A stretch of 63,642 nt of DNA, counting the filler, from Octopus bimaculoides (taxonomy: Eukaryota): NCBI RefSeq assembly GCF_001194135.2. It is 5 parts of 5 records of this genome, joined end to end, with 100 filler letters (N's around TTAATTAATTAA, not from the genome) between each part and the next. Parts side by side here need not be neighbours in the genome. Positions count along the whole stretch, not along the records: positions 1 to 30,445 come from NC_068994.1; 4 more parts are not named here. One strand, given 5' to 3'. Under the pieces are notes generated by a model. It was not told the DNA's origin and made no database searches. It saw only the letters and a program-made list of their open reading frames with translations. Positions 13,471 to 27,224 of the stretch are shown here, piece after piece. Both the position numbers and the translations under genes were made by a program. The stretch's first letter is position 1, and each line of letters begins with the position of its first letter.

Positions 13471-13750
13471 CATCATCATCATCATCATCATCATCGTTTA
13501 ACGTCTGCTTTCCATGCTAGCATGGGTTGGACGATTTAACTGAGGACTGGTGGACCAGGAGGCGACACCAGGCTCCAATCTGATTTGGCAGAGTTTCTAC
13601 AGCTGGATGCCCTTCCTAACGCCAACCACTCCGAGAGTGTAGTGGGTGCTTTTACGTGCCACTGGCACGAGGGCCAGTCAGGCGGTACTGGCAACGGCCA
13701 CACTCGAAATGGTGTATTTTACGTGCCACCTGCACAGGAGCCAGTCCATC
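13471..13750 (-). mobile_element. 5'-truncated RTE LINE 3' end with (CAT)n tail
   Basis: Close match to 33164-33430. Confidence 0.85.
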
Positions 13751-14654
13751 AGCAGTGAAACAGAATATTTGTTACCATGAGGCCATTTGTTGCACTGAAC
13801 TTTAGTATTCTCCATTTCATTGAAACATATGTCACTTTATCCTTTGGCCTGTTTTTAAATTGGTCTTCTTTCACTTAATATTGAAGTCTCCAGTGGTCAC
13901 AAAGGAGCTTCATATCAAATAGTTTATCAAATTCTCATGACTTTACAATCATGAGCCAAATACCCTAACCACTGGACCATATGCCATGTAGAATAATAAG
14001 CTAAAGGAAACATACTTCCAAGAGATCATGTCCAGAGAGGGTTCCGTAAAGAGATTTGTCGGCACCATTAGCACCCTGCAATATTATGCAGTTGCATAGG
14101 TTTCCTGCCCCTGAGAATGAGATCTAATACTCATTCTCTACTTGCAGGCATTCAGAGTACTCTACCCTTTGCCCAGGTTTCATCTGTCGACTGACATGAT
14201 GTACTGAGGTGTGGCCGGGAATTCTGCTTTTCTTCTTAGAGACACCCTAGGTGAGAAGTGGATGAAAAGCCAATCCAAGATTAGGTCCATTGTAGAGTCA
14301 GATTCTGACCGACATGGCTGATGAGTTAACTAAGTAGCTACATTTATAGCCTGTATTTGTGTGGGACTCTATATTCTCATGTAGCCTGTATGACTGGCCT
14401 GCTAACATGTAGATATCACTGTTGCCTCTTACATACAATTTAGTTTAAATGTATGAATTGAGGTAGGGAGCAATAAGGTGTACACTGTAGGTTTGTAAAT
14501 GAAATTAGGGGTCCTGTGGAAATTGTTTCCTTATAAGACTGATGTAATAGTGCAATGGAGGGGAGGGACAGGTCGTTATAAATCTTATGGAAAGCAGTGT
14601 CAGAGATAGAGATGATTGATCATACTGGAACAAGAAAGTAGAGGGAAGAATAAA

Positions 14655-14875
14655 TATTGGTTTAAAATTTCGGCACAAAGCCAGCAATTTTGATGGAAGA
14701 GGTAAGTCGATTACATTAACCCCAGTGCTCAACTGGTACTTATTTTATCAATCTCTCCCCCAACCCACAAAAGGATAGAAAGTAAAGTTGACCTCAGCGG
14801 AATTTGAACTCAGAACGTAAAAAACAAAGTGCTGCAAAGCATTTTACTGGCGACTCTACCAGTTCATGACCTTAA
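14655..14875 (-). mobile_element. SINE family B copy
   Basis: Family motifs aaattttcggcacaaagccagc, taagtcgattac and gaatttgaactcagaacgtaa. Confidence 0.75.
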
Positions 14876-16358
14876 TGGAATAAAAAAATATTGGTTTCAA
14901 ATTTTGGCATAAGGCCAGAAAGGTCAGGAGAGGAGCTAAGTCAATTACATCACTTCTAAACCCATCCAACCATTTCGAACTTCCAAAATAATTGATTCAT
15001 GTGTTTCTTTCATTTTTTTTCTTGAAAAGACACACTGTTAGACTTCTGGTGCTCTCCCTCCGCCGACTGATTTGTTTACGCTTCCATAACTTAGCGGTTC
15101 AGCAAAAGAGACCGATAGTATAAATACCAGAAGTTTAAAAATAAGTACTGGACTGGATTTATTTGACTACACACTTCAAGACAGTACCCCCAGCAAGATC
15201 ATACTCCCGTGACCAAAACAAGTAAAAAAGGATACCTTTCCGTATTTTTCTTCCATCTTCAAACTTGATTTTAGAAATTTAACAAATCTAGAAACTTTTA
15301 CTTCACTTTTGCATTCCTTCTCTTATCTAATTTCTTATTTTATCCATGTTTCTCGTGAACAAGCACAATTCGGCAAAATCTGATATTGCCCTCAAATTTC
15401 TCTTTTGGTTATCTCCCTTGAACCATTAATTAAAGTTCTGCAACTTCTGAATAAATATAGCTTGTTTTCGTCTTATTTTGTTGAGGCCAACGAAACAAGA
15501 GGAACCCTAATATATAAGTCAAAAATATAACAGTTGTTTCTTTTATCTCTCAATCTACCACTCTGCAGCACTTCAAGCCAGTGTCCTTTAATCATAACCA
15601 CTGTTTAATCCAATCTTCTGAGTGAACTTGAGTAGACGGAAACTACAGAAGCCCATCAGATAGATTGTATCTGTTAAGGAGTGGTAGAGTTGATAAATTG
15701 CACTGTTTAACTCTACCGTCTGGTCTTGAAATTTTTCTTTTGTAATCCTACCTGCAGCAAGCAGTCTGACGAGATCTCATAGAGTTTCTTTTCCATACAC
15801 CTCCCAGGACTCAAAAGCTTTGACTGAGGTCATTAGTGCTGCCGTTTTATATGTAAATGCATTTTTTCGCTTGAATATACATAGGTGGGAGATTTAACAT
15901 TTTTTTTAATGGTTCGTTTAGATTTGAACATAGAACCAGAGAGTGTTAAATTGTATTGTAATGGTAGACAAAGTATAACGATCATTTTTACAAGTCATTC
16001 ATACCTGACTAAACACTACACGCGTGTGCACATGTACCTACGCGTATGTGTGTGTATATATACGTGTATGTGCGTGTATGTATATATTTGGATGTATAGA
16101 TATGTACTCACACATATATATGTATACTTATATACATGTATACATATGCGTATGTGTGTGTGTGTGTGTAATGTAGGCAGCGGTAAGCAATGTGTACTAA
16201 ATAGGAAAACTATAACCCTCATTAAATGACTGATAACGTTAGAGACACCTACATAACTAGAAATAAGAGCTAAACGCACTAATGCTGCAGTCAAAGAGCA
16301 TAATTGTATACATATATGCTGACAGGGACTGTAATCGCCCAAAAAGCAGCAGTAGCAA

Positions 16359-16400
<42 letters not shown>

Positions 16401-18535
16401 NNNNNNNNNNNNNNNNNNNNNNNNNNNNNNNNNNNNNNNNNNNNNNNNNNNNNNNNNNNNNNNNNNNNNNNNNNNNNNNNNNNNNNNNNNNNNNNNNNNN
16501 NNNNNNNNNNNNNNNNNNNNNNNNNNNNNNNNNNNNNNNNNNNNNNNNNNNNNNNNNNNNNNNNNNNNNNNNNNNNNNNNNNNNNNNNNNNNNNNNNNNN
16601 NNNNNNNNNNNNNNNNNNNNNNNNNNNNNNNNNNNNNNNNNNNNNNNNNNNNNNNNNNNNNNNNNNNNNNNNNNNNNNNNNNNNNNNNNNNNNNNNNNNN
16701 NNNNNNNNNNNNNNNNNNNNNNNNNNNNNNNNNNNNNNNNNNNNNNNNNNNNNNNNNNNNNNNNNNNNNNNNNNNNNNNNNNNNNNNNNNNNNNNNNNNN
16801 NNNNNNNNNNNNNNNNNNNNNNNNNNNNNNNNNNNNNNNNNNNNNNNNNNNNNNNNNNNNNNNNNNNNNNNNNNNNNNNNNNNNNNNNNNNNNNNNNNNN
16901 NNNNATATATATATATATATGGCATTTGCTACCAACTCAACCAAGGACTTAAACTGTGTTCCACCAAAACAAAATCGTTCTCCACAGTCCAGCAGGATCC
17001 AAACCCAAACAAGTTAGATTAACCTTCTTGAATTCTCCCAAGACATGTGCCTACCAATTGATCTTTGATAAGGGTAGGCATGGAAATCAAATCGCTTTCC
17101 AAACTCATCCTAGTTGATATACAGCCATTACTACATGTTTTAGCTTCTTTCAATCTTGACTCAGAACCATATAAGAGTTTTAGTCTACACCGTAATGGAC
17201 AAATATGGAAATTTGTTAATCTAGTGTTAGAAAAGGGATGCAAGCAAGTCTGAGAATATCGAACCAACAATAGGCAGCAATGCTAAAGCCCAAGGAAACT
17301 AGAAAAGAATAATATGCCATGTCCTATGAATCATGATAGGTTTGAGCCATATACTCTTTTACTTATTTCAATTATTAGACTGTGGCCATGCTGGGGCACT
17401 ACCTTGAAGAATTTTAGTCGAATGAATCAACCCCAGTGCATTTGCTTTTTAAATCTGGTTCTTATTCTATCAGCCACTTTTGTCAAACTGCTACCATCTT
17501 TGACAATTCAGAAGACTGCTCCTCATTTATATATTACATTTTTGGCTTGATTTCTATAGCTAGATGTCCCTTCTGGTGCCACTTTACAGAGCGTACAAGA
17601 TGCAGTTTCTCATTGCACAACCAGTAGTGATATTGTCTTCTAACCTACAAGACCAAATCATCCTTACTACTCAGCTGCTTTTTTCATGCAAGATAATGTG
17701 ACCAGGAAGATGAATAGAAGAGAGGTTGAATACAGGTTAATGACTTGTAGGCACACAGTATTTCGTTATGCAACCATAATATGTTACAAAGTATATTAAA
17801 CATTTTTATAAGTCAATACTATGTACTACTGTGTTGACAGTGCACTTAGATCATGTGTTAAGGTCATGTCTGCAGATTTTCTCAGGTATGAAACATCGTA
17901 ACAAAATCAGTCCTAGCTATAATTTCTATAGAAAATCTGTAGAGATGACCTTAATATTTTCAGTACAAGATGAATTTGGATATGAAATTGAAAGAAGCAC
18001 AAGTGTGGATTTGGGCTGACAGGCTTGCAGAAGAGATGAAGTGGAAGAAACAATACTCGAAGGAGTAAAGGGAGAATGATAGTAATGGCAGGGAGCAGAA
18101 GGAGAGACACCATAACAGCAGGGTAACTTTGTACTTCCTCTTCAGCAAAAGACCTATATCTGTCTCACTATAACCTTTCCATCATCACCTCCTCCAATGC
18201 CTCCTCCCCTCTGAAAAGGTTTTGTCTTGCATGTACTTGGTGACCCAGTCAGTGCAGGTGCCACTTAAAAGCACTCAGTCCACACTGTAAAGTGGTTNNN
18301 NNNNNNNCACACACATATATATTTGTGTCTATTTGACTTCCCACTCCCACCACCACTGCTTGACAACCAATGTTGGTGTGTTTACATCTCCATAACTTAG
18401 CAGTTTAGCAAAAGAGACCAATAGATTAAGGTACTAGGCTTACGAAGAATAAGTCCTGGGGTCGATTTGTTCGACTAAAGGTAGTCAAATTACTGAAACA
18501 AGTAAAACATAAAAGAATGTTTATATATATATATA

Positions 18536-18573
<38 letters not shown>

Positions 18574-18827
18574 GGTGTTACCCAAATGAAATCTTATATC
18601 ATTCATGTTATAATGAGATATCAGTCAAGATTTTATATCAAATATGAATATTATCTATATATAACTATGAATAAACATAGGTGTGGCTGTGTGGGTTTGA
18701 CATTCACTTTCTTGGCATGAGGTCTTGAGTTCTAGCTCACTGTACAGCACATTGGACAAGTGTCTTTTACAGTAACTTCAGCCTGACTGAAGTGTGTGAA
18801 ATTGATAGACAGACAATGCATGTAAGC

Positions 18828-18867
<40 letters not shown>

Positions 18868-19332
18868 TANNNNNNNNNNNNNNNNNNNNNNNNNNNNNNN
18901 NNNNNNNNNNNNNNNNNNNNNNNNNNNNNNNNNNNNNNNNNNNNNNNNNNNNNNNNNNNNNNNNNNNNNNNNNNNNNNNNNNNNNNNNNNNNNNNNNNNN
19001 NNNNNNNNNNNNNNNNNNNNNNNNNNNNNNNNNNNNNNNNNNNNNNNNNNNNNNNNNNNNNNNNNNNNNNNNNNNNNNNNNNNNNNNNNNNNNNNNNNNN
19101 NNNNNNNNNNNNNNNNNNNNNNNNNNNNNNNNNNNNNNNNNNNNNNNNNNNNNNNNNNNNNNNNNNNNNNNNNNNNNNNNNNNNNNNNNNNNNNNNNNNN
19201 NNNNNNNNNNNNNNNNNNNNNNNNNNNNNNNNNNNNNNNNNNNNNNNNNNNNNNNNNNNNNNNNNNNNNNNNNNNNNNNNNNNNNNNNNNNNNNNNNNNN
19301 NNNNNNNNNNNNNNNNNNNNNNNNNNNNNNNN

Positions 19333-19708
19333 AATGGTTAGCAACAGCATGGTTCCGGGTTCAGTCCCACTGTGTGGCACATTGGGCAAGTGTCTTCTAC
19401 TATAGCCTCGGGCCAACCAAAGCCTTATGAGTGGACTTGGTAGATGGAAACTGAAAGAAGCCCGTCATATATATGTATATATGTGTATGTGTGTGTGTAT
19501 TTGTGTGTCTGTGTTTGTCCCTCCAACATCGCTTGGCAACCGATGCTGGTGTGTTTACGTCCCCGTAACTTAGCGGTTCGGCAAAAAGAGACCGATAGAG
19601 ACTGGGCTTACAAAGAATAAGTCCTAGGGTCGATTTGCTCGACTAAAATGGCGGTGCTCCAGCATGGCTGCAGTCAAATGACTGAAACAAGTAAAAGAAT
19701 AAAAGAAC
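19333..19708 (+). mobile_element. tRNA-derived SINE family A, near full length
   Basis: tRNA-like head with B-box-like GGTTCAGTCCC, an internal (TA/TG)n tract and a gaaacaagtaaaagaataaaa tail. Many dispersed copies in the window. Confidence 0.85.
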
Positions 19709-20910
19709 AGCAAGGGAATCTGACTGTAAAACAATGTTTCATCATCATCATCGTTGTTTTAACTTTCACTTTTCTATGCTGGCATGGGTCGGACTGAATT
19801 TGTTCAGGTAGATATTCTGTGGTTGGATATCCTGCATCTCTCCAGCCCTTGCGTCTTTCCAAGCAAGGTAGTATTTCCCCATGGCCAGACATATATTTTT
19901 CCAGAATATTGGAAATTAATGACATTCGTTTACAACCAGCACATAATGTCAAAACAAGGGTACACACATGTTCATGCATGTACGCGCATGTACACACACA
20001 CTGTGTATGTGTGTGATGGGTTTCTTTCAGTTTCTGTCTACCAGATCCACTTTGGTTGGCCCGGGGCTATAGTAAGAGATTCTTGCCCAAAGAGTCATAC
20101 AGTATGATTGAACTTGAAACCACATGGTTAAGAAGCAATCTTAAAAACACAGGCACGCCTGTGCCTTCAGTACCATATATAATCATCCAACCCATGCTAC
20201 CTTGGAAAAACAGATGTAAAACAAACAAGCAAACAAACTTGTACAGTCAATCTCAGGCAGGTTGATATTAAAAAATAGCTTAAGAATTTTTGGTGCAATT
20301 ATTAAATCTATTTCAAGAAGACCACAAGTGTTTGAACATTCTTGTGTCTATCTCATTGTGAAATACTAATTAACACCTTAATTGCTTGCAAATTGGATAT
20401 TAACAAGTCTTTGTTGACACCAGCAGGGCTTTCATTAATAAATTATCTGTTCAGAATGTTTCAATTCGTTTTGCATTCAGTATATGCAGAGCATCAGACA
20501 GTAATTTATAAAATATCTGTAACTCAATATTGGTTGGAGAATATCAACGAACATACTATCAATTATATATAAATAAATATACATATATATATATATATAT
20601 ATACATCCCTGCGGTTTGTTCCTATTGTTTCTAAATCGGTCGCATTAAAAGACTTAATCAATACTTTTCAAAACCACTGCAGTTACAGTGTTAAAACTAG
20701 TCCTCTCTCCTTCTCTCTCAGTCAACGTATGCTCCAAGATATTAGAATACTCTTTCTGTTGATTCCTGGTTATCTAAATCCAGATATATCCAGATTTCAT
20801 GCCAAATACTAAACACCTGTTATTCTCTGGTTTCCTCCTCCTCCTCCCCCTTTATTTCAAGGGTCAGTCATTATGTTACCATTACTCTTTGATATATATA
20901 TATATATATA

Positions 20911-20980
20911 TATATCGGTTTAAATAAAAGCTAAAATCTTTACAATGGATCAGATTTTAGCTCTTATTTAAATCGATATA
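20911..20980. repeat. 70-nt hairpin (29-bp arms) in a (TA)n tract
   Basis: tatatcggtttaaataaaagctaaaatct pairs with agattttagctcttatttaaatcgatata. Confidence 0.8.
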
Positions 20981-21063
20981 CATACAAAAACTCACATGTG
21001 AGTATTTTGCTATGTTTGATAACAGATACAATATTTTTACCAAATTTTGGTATAAATCTATAA

Positions 21064-21104
<41 letters not shown>

Positions 21105-21300
21105 NNNNNNNNNNNNNNNNNNNNNNNNNNNNNNNNNNNNNNNNNNNNNNNNNNNNNNNNNNNNNNACTGAACCTTACTTATTTGTCACTTTTCACTATG
21201 CCACCCATCCACCCCACTCTTTGAATGACTGTGCCCCTTTTGTTTAGCACTCAGGACTGACCAGGGGCTAAATAGCAGCACCAACTGCATCTCTTGTGAT

Positions 21301-21334
<34 letters not shown>

Positions 21335-22057
21335 TACACACATATGAGGGATTTCTTTCAGTTTCCATCTAACAAATCCACTCACAAAGCTTTATTCAGT
21401 CCAGGGCCATAGTAGGACACTTGCCTAAGGTGTCACACAGTGGGACTGAACCTGAAACCATGTGGTTTTGAAGCCAACTTTTTACCATATAGCCATACCT
21501 GCGCCTATAGTAAAAAAAAAAAAAAAAATTTTTAATCAAATTTCCTTCTGACCCCATCCATATGAGAATTAAAGTATCACATTTGGTGAAAATATATTTG
21601 AATATTAAAACATCAAACATTAAAAAGTATATTCACATGTGGTAAAGCAAAACAATATTCAATAATGCAATTGTCTTTTGCTATAGATCTAGGCTGACGG
21701 AAATCTTATGAGTGGATCTGGTGGGCAGAAAGAAATTGAAAGAAGCCCAGTGTGTGTGTGTGTGTGTGTGGACGCACCTAGCTAAAGAAAATCTGCCTTG
21801 ACAAATTGTCTGACCCATGCAAGCAGGGAAAATTAGACATTAAATTATGGATGATAATGATACATTCCAGAGAAATGTAATTTTAACCAGCTATATAAAT
21901 CCACTTCTCTTCGACCTGTAACTAGTTTGATAAGTGCCAATGCACAAAACTGTTGGCCCTTGAGACACTCTGTTGCTTCTGCTAAATATTAATAAAAATA
22001 AACATATACTCATATTTTGAGTTCTATTTTTCTTGTTTGCATCGCCATAACTATATA

Positions 22058-22270
22058 CGAGGGGGTGCTGAAAAGTTCCTGGCTTTGGGTAAAAAAAATA
22101 CAGGAGGATCAGTTAGTTATGATTTTATTCAACATATTCCCCTCTCAGATTCACACTTATTGCAGCAGTCCTTCAGTTTTTCTAAGCCCTGTAATAGAAT
22201 TCGGAACTTTGGGCCTACAACCAGGTCTTTCAACATACTCTTAAAGCCGGGCACTTTTCAGCACCCCTCA
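22058..22270. mobile_element. Mariner-type MITE
   Basis: TIRs CGAGGGGGTGCTGAAAAGTTCCTGGCTT and AAGCCGGGCACTTTTCAGCACCCCTCA, with TA on both flanks. Confidence 0.9.
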
Positions 22271-22284
22271 TATATGTGTATTAC

Positions 22285-22498
22285 TCTTTTACTCTTTTAC
22301 TTGTTTCAGTCATTTGACTGCGGCCATGCTGGAGCACCGCCTTTAGTCGAGCAAATCGACCCTGGGACTTATTCTTTGTAAGCCTAGTACTTATTCTATC
22401 AGTCTCTTTTGCCGAACCGCTAAGTGACGGGGACATAAAGACACCAGCATCGGTTGTCAAGCAATGCTTGGGGAACAAACACAGACACACAAACATAT

Positions 22499-22545
<47 letters not shown>

Positions 22546-22640
22546 CGACGGGCTTCTTTCAGTTTCCATCTACCAAATCCACTCACAAGGCTTTGGTCAG
22601 CCTGAGGCTATAGTAGAAGACACTTGCCCAAGGTGACATG
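22285..22640 (-). mobile_element. SINE family A copy
   Basis: Reverse complement of 19333-19708. Confidence 0.85.
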
Positions 22641-25480
22641 CAGTAATGCATGATTAATTCAAAACAATCTGAATAAATAAGCATTACATTTGACAGAGTA
22701 ATCTGAATGCTAGAGGGCTGGGCTATACATTGGTGCTCACAATTACTCTTTTACTTGTTTCAGTCATTTGACTGTGGCCATGCTGGAGCACTGCCTTGAA
22801 GGGTGTTTTAGCAGAAGAAACTAACCCCAGGATTTGTAAGCCCATTACTTATTCTATTGGTCTCTTTTGCTGAACTGTTAAGTTACAGGGACATAAACAC
22901 ACCAACAGTTGTCAAGTGATGGTAGGGGAACAAAGACACACATAAATAAATAAATAAATATATAGAGAGAGAGAGCAATAAGAATATGGAGGGGATTAAT
23001 AGATGGTATTCATCAACTTATAGACATTATATTATGTCAAGTTATTTATTTATTTGATGTCTTGCAAACAACTCACATATGCAAGTGCTACCAGTCGAGA
23101 ACTCCGCATACCAGAAGCCAGCAAGTGTATGGAGTCATCAATGTGCACTGACCCCCCTCACTGATATGAGGCCCTGCTTGCTAGATCAACTGGTTATTAA
23201 AAACAAAGCTCAATATTTCTCTAGCCATTGCTCATCGTCTCTTTTTAACCAAATCCAAATTACTAAAATGACTATTATAACAATATACATACATATATGA
23301 CATATTATGCCTTACATATATAATATATAAAATATATGTATATAACAGGCTTCTTTCAGTTTCCATCTACCAAATACACTCGCAATGCTTTGGTCAGCCT
23401 GGGGCTATAGTAGAAGACACTTGCCCAAGATGCCACACAGTGGGACTGAACCCAGAACTACATGGTTGGGAAGCAAGCTTCTTACCACACAGCCATGCCT
23501 GTACCTATGGAGAAGATTTATGCATTCTTTATTATTGACCAATATGTGTGTGTGTGCATGCGTGCGCACACGTGTGTGTGTGTGTGTGCTAGCATGCACA
23601 TGCACACTTGTTTGGTAATATCAGCATTATACATTGTCTTGTTCCATGGCCTTGTTAATGGGTGTCTTCACTTTGGAACAAAGTCCCAATTATCTTGCTT
23701 AATGTCTTTGGTTATATACTTGACATTTTGTAGATGGTTCAATTTTACATGTATGTAATATTGGTTGTTGTTGTCTGCTTTTCTGAAAGTTCTATGTGAT
23801 TTTTGAGGTTAGATTAAGTGAAATGTCACAAACGTTTACTGTTAATAAATTCACTACTGCCTTCACAAATCAAATTATTTGATGCTGTTACAGTTTTCTT
23901 TCTGGGAGTAAGCAGATTTTTTAATAACCTCTACAGGATTATTAACCATCACCAAAAAGTTTCATGCAGGCTGTCTTGTTTTGACTGATTTTACTTATCA
24001 GTGGATTTACAAAGAACAAGANNNNNNNNNNNNNNNNNNNNNNNNNNNNNNNNNNNNNNNNNNNNNNNNNNNNNNNNNNNNNNNNNNNNNNNNNNNNNNN
24101 NNNNNNNNNNNNNNNNNNNNNNNNNNNNNNNNNNNNNNNNNNNNNNNNNNNNNNNNNNNNNNNNNNNNNNNNNNNNNNNNNNNNNNNNNNNNNNNNNNNN
24201 NNNNNNNNNNNNNNNNNNNNNNNNNNNNNNNNNNNNNNNNNNNNNNNNNNNNNNNNNNNNNNNNNNNNNNNNNNNNNNNNNNNNNNNNNNNNNNNNNNNN
24301 NNNNNNNNNNNNNNNNNNNNNNNNNNNNNNNNNNNNNNNNNNNNNNNNNNNNNNNNNNNNNNNNNNNNNNNNNNNNNNNNNNNNNNNNNNNNNNNNNNNN
24401 NNNNNNNNNNNNNNNNNNNNNNNNNNNNNNNNNNNNNNNNNNNNNNNNNNNNNNNNNNNNNNNNNNNNNNNNNNNNNTAAAAAATAGAGTTAAAAAACAT
24501 TTCTTTTTCTTTTTTAACCCGTGAGAGAAGGTAGCAATAAGACACAAACATTAGCATACCAGACAAAATGCTTAACAGCATTTCTTCCAACACACAAACA
24601 TATAATGTACATACATATACACACACACAAACACATGCAATATACATACATACACACACATACATACAGGTTGTTGTCAACTTACAACCTATCTGGCTTA
24701 CAACCGATCAACTTTATGACAATTAGTACACCAGCTCCCAGCAGCAATAATAAATAGTCCAGTTGAAATCTAATAGGTTTAATTTCTTAGAAATTAACCT
24801 TGTCTACAGGTGATGTCAGCTAACAAATGCTTGCTCTAGGTTTGGTTATCGGTCGCCACTGTGGTTATTCCAAGTGTTGAATGAATATCCTGTCTTGGAG
24901 ACATTGAAGCAACCTCATATTTGTTTATAAGATGACTGCTTGAGACTTCGAAATTTTTGACTAATGCCAATATAATACAGAATGCTGTGTGTGACTTTTA
25001 CCTGAGAATGTACCTTAAGAATGTAAAAATATAAAACAAAGCTATGTAGACCAATAGGTTGACTTATGACCAAATTGACTTACAACCAGTCAGTCAGAAC
25101 GAATTGTGGTCATAAGTCGACAACAATCTGTATATATAATCGGTTACTAATCAATGCATTTGAAACATGTAGGTCTGTGTAAGGCTTTATATATAAAAAG
25201 GAATTAGAAGTAATGCTCTGCCACTTTGTAATAATCCTCATTATTCTTGTACAAAAAAAACAAGACAGACATGTGAGGGAACAACAAACAAGGTGTATTA
25301 GTTTGTGTGTACAAAAACAGGACAGAAGCATCATCATCATTTAATGTCCACCTTCCATGCTGGGATGAGGATATCTTAATCTCGTGAAGGGATAGTTGCA
25401 TCCAAGGAAATACTGGTTCAACACCTAGTGTTGTTGGGGAATGAAATTCCCTTAAAATAATAGGTATACATTAAGCGTAA

Positions 25481-25921
25481 AGTTTATATCCAGTTAAAAG
25501 AAGAAAAGAAAAAGGAGATAAGGAACTTAACAATAATTTATTATTAACAAATTGGTCATCTTTGCTTCTTACAGCCATTTCAATTAATGCTCAATGATTT
25601 AATTACAAATTTGTAGATTAAATTTGCATTTACGTGACATGAGCATAATTTCATCAGAGGAACAAAAAAATTTTATCTTGGGATGTTATATGTAGACATG
25701 AATTGATAGGTCCACTTATAACATCCCGAGGTACATCTTCCCCCCCCCCCTCTGATGGAATTATGCTCATGTCACATAAATGCAAATTAAATGTACAAAT
25801 TTGTAATTAAATTATTGAGTATTAAATGAAACTGTTGTAAGAAGCAAAGATGACTAATTTGTTATTAAATAACTTCTTTATTTCCATTTTCTTTTCTCTT
25901 CTTTTTTACTGGCTATAAACT
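25481..25921. mobile_element. Foldback/MITE with ~200-bp inverted arms
   Basis: The left arm (aacaaattggtcatctttgcttcttacag...gggatgttata) is mirrored by tataacatccc...gtaagaagcaaagatgactaatttgtt. Confidence 0.85.
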
Positions 25922-27181
25922 AAGATATATNNNNNNNNNNNNNNNNNNNNNNNNNNNNNNNNNNNNNNNNNNNNNNNNNNNNNNNNNNNNNNNNNNNNNN
26001 NNNNNNNNNNNNNNNNNNNNNNNNNNNNNNNNNNNNNNNNNNNNNNNNNNNNNNNNNNNNNNNNNNNNNNNNNNNNNNNNNNNNNNNNNNNNNNNNNNNN
26101 NNNNNNNNNNNNNNNNNNNNNNNNNNNNNNNNNNNNNNNNNNNNNNNNNNNNNNNNNNNNNNNNNNNNNNNNNNNNNNNNNNNNNNNNNNNNNNNNNNNN
26201 NNNNNNNNNNNNNNNNNNNNNNNNNNNNNNNNNNNNNNNNNNNNNNNNNNNNNNNNNNNNNNNNNNNNNNNNNNNNNNNNNNNNNNNNNNNNNNNNNNNN
26301 NNNNNNNNNNNNNNNNNNNNNNNNNNNNNNNNNNNNNNNNNNNNNNNNNNNNNNNNNNNNNNNNNNNNNNNNNNNNNNNNNNNNNNNNNNNNNNNNNNNN
26401 NNNNNNNNNNNNNNNNNNNNNNNNNNNNNNNNNNNNNNNNNNNNNNNNNNNNNNNNNNNNNNNNNNNNNNNNNNNNNNNNNNNNNNNNNNNNNNNNNNNN
26501 NNNNNNNNNNNNNNNNNNNNNNNNNNNNNNNNNNNNNNNNNNNNNNNNNNNNNNNNNNNNNAGAGAGGAAAAGAAAATAAATAATTCATTGATTGTGTCA
26601 AAAGCAGCCCTTGGCCTTCCCTGATTGAGCAGATCTCTGACCAAATGTGCTCTAGCTGTAAGAACCCCTTTTTGAATCCAGTAGAATGTGAATTGAGAGA
26701 ATTTGGCTGTTATTTCTAACAGGTTATGTAAAGCCTTCCTTGTTGGCTTCATGTCAAGTTGTCTGTGTCAGAATCCTTGCGTTAGAGAAGAAGGCATGTA
26801 AACAACCACTCAGAAATTCTTGAAATTTTAGTTGCTTTTTGTTTTTTGGGTACAAGGTCAATTCTGTAAGAGAATTGTAACATTTATTTTATCAGTCCTG
26901 TGGCAAGCAACAAGCAAATAAAATAGGCTACTGAATTGGCATGAAGGGTAGAGTTTTAGACAAAAGGGTTTGTGGTATTTAGTTACAGATCTTTACATAC
27001 TGAGTTCAAATATCATTTAGGTCAAGTTTTCCTTTCCTCATTCCAGTGCTGATAAAGTAAGTATCCACTAAGTTAATATACAGGGTGTTTATATCATTTG
27101 ATGTGTAAATATCTGAGTAACTACATAGTTTAGGCAAAACAATATCAATTTTTCTGAAAGACTGTATATATTCTTGGGTCA

Positions 27182-27224
<43 letters not shown>

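Noticed and set aside
14331-14365. CTGATGAG followed by palindromes GTTAAC and GTAGCTAC
   Set aside because: No GAAA and no stem I pairing, so it does not meet the hammerhead core.
17019-17270. Minus-strand LLYGSES motif suggesting a LINE C-terminus
   Set aside because: A single short motif, too degraded to support a feature call.
26572-26752. Minus-strand peptide FTFYWIQKG...PRAAFDTIN resembling a serine carboxypeptidase C-terminus
   Set aside because: The catalytic GH motif is absent, there is no good donor site, and the DNA overlaps a dispersed repeat (ccctgattgagcag...) also seen near 11330 and 44885.
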